From the IMG/VR virus record IMGVR_UViG_3300021962_000023, positions 134,535 through 198,534 of that record: a DNA stretch of 64,000 nucleotides; one strand, written 5' to 3'. The notes beneath the pieces are model-generated. The model searched no databases, was not told where the DNA came from, and worked only from the letters and a program-made list of their open reading frames with translations. The translations under genes and the position numbers were made by a program. This document shows, piece after piece, positions 58,854 to 64,000 of this stretch. Within the stretch, counting starts at the first letter, position 1; every line of letters begins with the position of its first letter. The stretch comes from a virus.

Positions 58854-59584
58854 TATATGATACTTTTATTAAAAATAGCATTTATATGATTGAAGAATGT
58901 TTGCTGAAATTTTAATTCCGATGCATAATGTGTATAGTTGTTATACTCTCTACAAAATTTATAGGATATGTTATTCTTATCCATCAATCTAGCAAAATAA
59001 TATTCACATATCACAATTGATGGGTCATTCCATTGAGTTAAATTTTCAGTAGGTTCTATTGTTTTTAAATACCATTCTCTAAATTGATAATAACGATTTA
59101 TTAATAAATTTTTAGTATGCAAATTGTTGAATTTTAAAATACCAACATTGCACGCATTCAATCCACTATAATCAAAACTATTTATATATTTTGATGTATT
59201 GTATTTTTTAAACACCTCCATATATCTTTTGAACTTTTTATTTTTGGTATTTAAAAGTTTTGTTTCAAATAGTACATCGCAATCATCTGGCAAAATTAAT
59301 TTTGATTCTAATATAATATCACCATCGATTGTAACGCAATTCAACCCTTCTCTTTGATGTATGAATATTTTTAAATCATCGGTTAATATAAATTCTTCAT
59401 CTTCTATACTAACAAATTCATCTATATCATCTATTAAATTTTCATACATAAAATTACATCCGTAAAACTTAATCTTATAACCTAAACTTCTAGCTCTACG
59501 CATAGCTGCTTTATAGTATATTACTACCCAATCGTTATCGGTATAATTACCCATTTTTGTAGTAAAACTATAAACTAATTTCAT
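58853..59584 (-). CDS. putative GT-A glycosyltransferase-like protein (paralog)
   Basis: Motifs TIDGDIIL (DxD), CNVGIL and YTHYAS. Confidence 0.5.
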   Translation of the reverse strand: MKLVYSFTTKMGNYTDNDWVVIYYKAAMRRARSLGYKIKFYGCNFMYENLIDDIDEFVSIEDEEFILTDDLKIFIHQREGLNCVTIDGDIILESKLILPDDCDVLFETKLLNTKNKKFKRYMEVFKKYNTSKYINSFDYSGLNACNVGILKFNNLHTKNLLINRYYQFREWYLKTIEPTENLTQWNDPSIVICEYYFARLMDKNNISYKFCREYNNYTHYASELKFQQTFFNHINAIFNKSII

Positions 59585-59967
59585 ATTAATTCTTTCTGAA
59601 TAATTATTTCTTCTTCAATGTAATCGTAATCTATTATTGAATACCTATCTATTAACGATTCTGGCAATTCTATCAAATCAACTACATTCATATAATTTAT
59701 AGTCAATTCTTCGAAAACGGATATTTCTTTGTTGGTATATATTTCAATACTATCTTTATTTAGAATTAAATTACAATTTGGATTTCGGTTATGATTTAGA
59801 TATCTACCCAATGGATTAGTTTCAACCCACCCATTATAGATGAATCTGCTTTCTATTGTAATTGGTTCTGATTTTGTGAAATAGTTACCTATTAATGTAT
59901 TAAATGGAATTACTTTGGATGATATAATACCAATTCCTCTTGAATTAAATTTGTATCGCTTAAACAT
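59581..59967 (-). CDS. SET-domain protein
   Basis: Motifs RGIGIIS, RYLNHNRNPN and ISVFEELTINY. Confidence 0.8.
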   Translation of the reverse strand: MFKRYKFNSRGIGIISSKVIPFNTLIGNYFTKSEPITIESRFIYNGWVETNPLGRYLNHNRNPNCNLILNKDSIEIYTNKEISVFEELTINYMNVVDLIELPESLIDRYSIIDYDYIEEEIIIQKELI

Positions 59968-60473
59968 TATAACATTGATTTTTGAATATCGAAATCGGAT
60001 TCGTATAAAAATAAAACCAATGAATATCTTTCACCGGATTCCAATATAGTTACTTCATGCTGAGCCGTTGGCGATATAGTAGTCAATGAACCAATCACTC
60101 TCGATTGTGGAGTATTTTCAACTATTAAATCCCCACCAATATAATCAGTAGATTCGGATAATTGAACTAATAATGTTTTATAAATAATATCAACTCCATA
60201 TTTCGAAAAATCCTGATGTTTAGCCAAACTACCACCCCTACCATATTTCATAATCTTTATGGTAGGTATATTCTTAACCTTTAAAGGTTTTAGTTTTTCT
60301 AAAAGAAAATCCTTTAATTCCGAATTATCAATTGTTACAAATTTGGCAGAACTGCCTTTTCTGAATTTTATTGGGATACCATTAAGAGTGTGAGTATCCA
60401 TACCATCTACTTCCTTATAAAGTTTATAGAATGATTTTATATACTCACACTCTTCCTTTGAAAACATAACCAT
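59967..60473 (-). CDS. 2OG-Fe(II) oxygenase (P4Hc/PKHD-like)
   Basis: Motifs MKYGRG..LAKHQD, YIGGDL, HEVT and GERYSLV. Confidence 0.85.
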   Translation of the reverse strand: MVMFSKEECEYIKSFYKLYKEVDGMDTHTLNGIPIKFRKGSSAKFVTIDNSELKDFLLEKLKPLKVKNIPTIKIMKYGRGGSLAKHQDFSKYGVDIIYKTLLVQLSESTDYIGGDLIVENTPQSRVIGSLTTISPTAQHEVTILESGERYSLVLFLYESDFDIQKSML

Positions 60474-60484
60474 TTAAAAAAATA

Positions 60485-60622
60485 TTAAGAATGTTTATTC
60501 TTCACATATTGTATAAAATTTACCAATATTGTGTTTATCGATTGATTTGTAGCAGATGAAGTCGGAACTACTGCTTTATTATCCAAATCAACTTTAGTAA
60601 AAGTTTTATATACTACTGCCAT
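60485..60622 (-). CDS. small ORF, 45 aa
   Basis: Hand translation gives MAVVYKTFTKVDLDNKAVVPTSSATNQSINTILVNFIQYVKNKHS*. It fills the 157-nt gap, leaving 7- and 11-nt spacers. Confidence 0.6.
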   Translation of the reverse strand: MAVVYKTFTKVDLDNKAVVPTSSATNQSINTILVNFIQYVKNKHS

Positions 60623-60629
60623 AATATTA

Positions 60630-62897
60630 TTATTTGTTATGTACTAAAATTCCGTTTGCGTAAAAGTTATGATTATCTTCTACTGTTATGATATAAGTTT
60701 GAGTATCTTTCTCATCCAATTCGATGATATCTTTGATGGCTGTTTTACTTACACCATTTGATAAATAAACCATATCACCCGCTTTAATCTGTCTAACATC
60801 TCTATCCAATTCATATCTTCTATTAGTTAAGAATGGGGTAAATGATGCCAATTCCAAATTACCAACATAGAATGGGTGGTCGAATGTAGAAGTGATTGAA
60901 GTTTGATTAGCAAATTCATATTTAACTAAATCATTATGAATTGGAGTTTTTAATCCAATTACTTTTTTAACTTCATTTTGTAAAGTAGATTCATTGAATG
61001 AAAGTACTTCATCACCAACTACAACATCTTCGATACTCTTTTCAGAACCATCTCCCATAGTTACTTTAGTTCCTGCTACAAAACAGAATCCACCACCATA
61101 TTTAAAGTTATGTACTAATAAATTTTCAGCGTAATATGTGTGATTATCTTTAACATCTAAAATGTGATAAACCTCAACTTCGCCTAAAATAGTTTCTTTT
61201 TCAATTACAATAGTTTCATTACCATCTCTATTAATTAGAATATCATCTAATGTAATATCTTGTGCGGCAATCCATCCTTTACCCTTCACATAGAACTTAT
61301 GTAATGCAGTAGATTTAACTTCATTACCATCATCCGTTTTATGTCTGATTAATAAGTGTTCTTTTTTCTTTACAATATTACCAATCGCACCTTCTGTTTT
61401 TTCACCAGTAAGTTCGTTGTATGTTAATAATTTATCACTCAATGTTAAATCTTCGATATTCTTTTGAGTACCATCTGCTAAAGTAATTTTAGTTCCAGCA
61501 GGGAAACAGTTGTGAGTAACAATCTTAACACTTAACTCACCATTTGAAAGGAAGTAAGTATCAGATGTTTCCATATCAACAATATATGTTTTATAATCAC
61601 CATCTAATATCTCTACGATAACTGAACTAATATTAATTAATCCACCTGTTAAGTTGATTAATTGATGTTGTGTTGCATCTAATTTTGAAATAGATTCGTA
61701 ACGAATACAATCTAACTCAATATCGTGTACCAATAAGTGAACACCACCCGATGCTCTAAATTCAGAACCATCTTCCATTGTAATATGGAATGCCAAATTA
61801 TATGCTAATGGTTGTTCAATCTTATTAATTAAAACCGATGAGGTTTCATATGAACCAGATGGTAATTCTGCACCAGGCCAGTTCCAATTCATAAATTCAG
61901 ATACAACATCGGTATCAGGTGCAGAATTGATAAAATATGATTTGAATTCATCACCAACCGATGCACTACTAATTAAGATAGTAGAGCCATCTGCTTTAAT
62001 AATTTCTTCTTCTTCAAATATACCACCCCAATTGTACACATTTGTAAACTTAGGGAAGTTTGTAGTTAATTCGTAATAATGTTTTATATTAGTTTCGTTT
62101 GCTATATTCTCATCATCGTATTCGATTGATGCAGGTTTATCAAATAATCCCTGATTTTTGAATGTAGATACATTTATCATATCTAAATTACCACCATAAA
62201 TTATATTGAAAGAACGAATCGATTCAACTTTATCATTCTCCGTATTTTCGTAGAACTTAATAAGTAAACGATTCTCTGGAAATGAACCAATAAATTCTTC
62301 GTATCTATTTTCAGTAGTTTCGTTTGATTTACCAATCTTATAAAAAGATAATGGGTTTGTAGTTGTAGCTACTAAATTCTTTACCGCCACATCCGGCATA
62401 TTAGCAGAATTGATATCATATGGTAAGTTATTAAACACATATGAATCAGTAGAAGAAGATACATAGTATTCTACAATAGAACCCGTATCATCATTTTCCT
62501 GAAACAATTGTAAAGGAGCTAATTTATTTTTAGCATATTCTGAATCAAAGATTGATGATTCATCGTAAGCCAATCTTAATATAAATTTATCACTACCATC
62601 CGCAATTGAAGATGGATATATCGTAGATGGTTCTTCTTCTACGGTATTAAATGATGTGATAAATGGTGCAGAAGTTGATACACTTTGAGATAATGAAGCT
62701 ACAATATCATCTTGGAAATTTTTGTGTATAACATGCAATTGAGTAATCGCTGAACCGGATAATACATTAATAAAATCTGTCCAATCTAAATATTGAATAG
62801 CGTTGTAAACACATGCAGTATCGGTATTCACTTCCATTAATCGTAAATTACCTTCACTATCCTGTATAAAATCCGCTGAGAAAAAAGTTCCTTTCAT
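60630..62897 (-). CDS. GspS-type (circularly permuted) ATP-grasp-like domain fused to three tandem Hint domains
   Basis: N-terminal ADFIQDSEGNLRLMEVNTDTAC. Hint1 aa292-463 (GIF...ADG...THN), Hint2 aa464-597 (CFPAGT...STALH...VHN), linker FKYGGGF, Hint3 aa605-754 (CFVAGT...STFDH...VHN), then K-stop. Confidence 0.8.
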   Translation of the reverse strand: MKGTFFSADFIQDSEGNLRLMEVNTDTACVYNAIQYLDWTDFINVLSGSAITQLHVIHKNFQDDIVASLSQSVSTSAPFITSFNTVEEEPSTIYPSSIADGSDKFILRLAYDESSIFDSEYAKNKLAPLQLFQENDDTGSIVEYYVSSSTDSYVFNNLPYDINSANMPDVAVKNLVATTTNPLSFYKIGKSNETTENRYEEFIGSFPENRLLIKFYENTENDKVESIRSFNIIYGGNLDMINVSTFKNQGLFDKPASIEYDDENIANETNIKHYYELTTNFPKFTNVYNWGGIFEEEEIIKADGSTILISSASVGDEFKSYFINSAPDTDVVSEFMNWNWPGAELPSGSYETSSVLINKIEQPLAYNLAFHITMEDGSEFRASGGVHLLVHDIELDCIRYESISKLDATQHQLINLTGGLINISSVIVEILDGDYKTYIVDMETSDTYFLSNGELSVKIVTHNCFPAGTKITLADGTQKNIEDLTLSDKLLTYNELTGEKTEGAIGNIVKKKEHLLIRHKTDDGNEVKSTALHKFYVKGKGWIAAQDITLDDILINRDGNETIVIEKETILGEVEVYHILDVKDNHTYYAENLLVHNFKYGGGFCFVAGTKVTMGDGSEKSIEDVVVGDEVLSFNESTLQNEVKKVIGLKTPIHNDLVKYEFANQTSITSTFDHPFYVGNLELASFTPFLTNRRYELDRDVRQIKAGDMVYLSNGVSKTAIKDIIELDEKDTQTYIITVEDNHNFYANGILVHNK

Positions 62898-62922
62898 AAA
62901 AAGTTTTATATTATGTTTGTAT

Positions 62923-62930
62923 ATAAATAT
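62923..62930 (-). promoter_or_regulatory. putative late promoter motif ATATTTAT
   Basis: ATATTTATA 25 nt before the ATG at 62897. Confidence 0.5.
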
Positions 62931-62931
62931 A

Positions 62932-63165
62932 TCATTTTTCTACTTTATCCCATTTATGTAAATCACATGAACCCATAGTTGGGGTAAATATCTTTTTACC
63001 AATAGGACAACCACATTCGGCACACTTTTTAGTAAATACTACCGAATCAACCATAGAATCGCAAGTGTTACATATAGCCAATCTTTTCTTAGCCAATTCA
63101 GCTTGTTCTTTGGATGGCATTTCCGCAATCACCCAAGCTCTGAATATATCTACTATACTACTCAT
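62932..63165 (-). CDS. small Cys-rich protein (DUF6171-like)
   Basis: RLAICxxC...CAECGCP...C..HKW pattern. Confidence 0.65.
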   Translation of the reverse strand: MSSIVDIFRAWVIAEMPSKEQAELAKKRLAICNTCDSMVDSVVFTKKCAECGCPIGKKIFTPTMGSCDLHKWDKVEK

Positions 63166-63464
63166 ACTATCTTCATTAAATCGTTAATGCGTTTACAATT
63201 CTCAAAGAATTCGTTATGTAACATTCTCTGATACATCCAATCCAATAAATCTCTAAACTCCTCTCTTTTAATTGTTATATAAGCAGGAATACCTTGAAAA
63301 CGAAATACAACCAACTCTTTGGCAGATTTATTGTTCTTAAACACATCAATCATATCGATGATGGTTTCCATATGGTCTTTGGTTAATTCTACTCTACTGA
63401 TGTAATCTTTCCAATCTAATTGGATGTAACCTTTTTCTAACTTAGATAACGCTTTGGAATTCAT
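63162..63464 (-). CDS. hypothetical protein
   Basis: 100-aa ORF downstream of a promoter, with an ATGA-type overlap with the next gene. Confidence 0.65.
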   Translation of the reverse strand: MNSKALSKLEKGYIQLDWKDYISRVELTKDHMETIIDMIDVFKNNKSAKELVVFRFQGIPAYITIKREEFRDLLDWMYQRMLHNEFFENCKRINDLMKIV

Positions 63465-63495
63465 TGTGTAACGGTTGGGATGGATTTATAGTAAA

Positions 63496-63527
63496 CAAAT
63501 ATACTAATAATTATTCACATTTCCAAA
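63496..63527 (-). promoter_or_regulatory. Bacteroidota-type sigma70 promoter (TTTG-N20-TATATTTG)
   Basis: TTTGG, a 20-nt spacer, then TATATTTG; the -33 box overlaps the terminator T run. Confidence 0.7.
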
Positions 63528-63555
63528 AAAATAAGGGAGAATTTCTTCTCCCTTA
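63525..63555 (-). terminator. Rho-independent terminator
   Basis: The minus strand reads TAAGGGAGAA-GAAA-TTCTCCCTTA followed by TTTTTT. Confidence 0.85.
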
Positions 63556-63580
63556 GTGAATACCTTGTGATTATATTTTG

Positions 63581-64000
63581 TTAGAATTTAGTTCCGCAAT
63601 GTGGGCAGAACTTGTGTGTATCTTTTTTTCTCTTAGCACCACACTCACCGCAATATAGAACACCTAATTCTTCTTTGTGATATTGTTTATGTGATGTAGG
63701 TAGAATTCTCCATGCTACATTATGAAATGCATATGAATTAAATTTTCTATCCGATGATGTAAATTGTTGATTAGAGGTATCACCCTTTTCAGTTGTACCA
63801 GTTTCAACTTTATTTGTACTTCGAATATTTGGACCTGCCAAAGTATTAGATGTTAAACTTGCATTATTGTAATATGCAGTATTAGTAATACCACTAATTC
63901 CCAATGTGTTTGTAGTGTAGGTTATATTATTTGTCCAATTTCCAATACTATTTGTAGTGATTGTACCATATCCACTACCATATATTGGTCTATTTGAGAA
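63581..64000 (-). CDS. C-terminal zinc-ribbon protein (5' part outside the window)
   Basis: The frame is open to the window edge; the C-terminus is YCGECG...KFCPHCGTKF. Confidence 0.75.
   Translation of the reverse strand, partial: FSNRPIYGSGYGTITTNSIGNWTNNITYTTNTLGISGITNTAYYNNASLTSNTLAGPNIRSTNKVETGTTEKGDTSNQQFTSSDRKFNSYAFHNVAWRILPTSHKQYHKEELGVLYCGECGAKRKKDTHKFCPHCGTKF

Noticed and set aside
368-59200. About 35 plus-strand ORFs in the track (for example 27773..28354, 37520..37987 and 46577..46969)
   Set aside because: They are antisense shadows lying wholly within well-supported minus-strand genes, with no recognisable motifs.
60630-62897. Classical selfish inteins in a host-like gene
   Set aside because: There is no LAGLIDADG/HNH insert, Hint1 lacks Cys1, Hint2 and Hint3 lack a +1 Cys/Ser/Thr, and there is no meaningful C-extein. 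This fits BIL/Hint autoprocessing better than mobile inteins.
1-64000. Stop-codon reassignment, seen in some large phages
   Set aside because: Code-11 ORFs tile the window with tight overlaps, and TGA serves as a stop in ATGA overlaps (for example at 3737).
1-64000. tRNA, rRNA, DGR or transposon
   Set aside because: Intergenic gaps are too short or explained by promoters and terminators. I saw no reverse transcriptase, transposase, integrase or template/variable repeat pair by eye.

Overview
This is a strongly AT-rich, densely coding 64 kb segment of a large T4-like (myovirus or jumbo) phage genome in the standard genetic code. Every credible gene but one lies on the minus strand. Six intact copies and one variant of TTTG(G)-N20-TAnnTTT(G/A), together with DUF5977/SprB-like tail domains, point to a Bacteroidota host. 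In transcription order (right to left) it holds five blocks. (1) An 8-gene cassette (62.9-56.5 kb) headed by a GspS-type ATP-grasp-like protein fused to three back-to-back Hint domains, followed by a 45-aa ORF, a 2OG-Fe(II) oxygenase, two SET proteins and three glycosyltransferase-like proteins. (2) Auxiliary genes: HD protein, Hsp20, UvsE, peptide deformylase, a sigma-like factor and a carbamoyltransferase. (3) A baseplate/tail block: gp5-, gp25- and gp6-like proteins, a large wedge protein and a DNRLRE protein. (4) T7-type endonuclease I, a primase, a fused Mre11-Rad50 (gp47-gp46) and a lone plus-strand RHH gene. (5) A tail fibre with an S74 chaperone, followed by a ~21 kb glycan synthesis and decoration cluster: GT4, GT2, two GT7 with an inserted LamG domain, a GT10-like protein, RmlC, three SDRs, two radical SAM proteins, an orphan ThDP E1-alpha, four SGNH-like proteins and three 2OG oxygenases, one fused to an SDR. 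A second motif, ATATTTAT(A/T), marks putative late promoters. I saw no tRNA, CRISPR array or mobile element. All family assignments come from reading motifs by eye; no database search was run.
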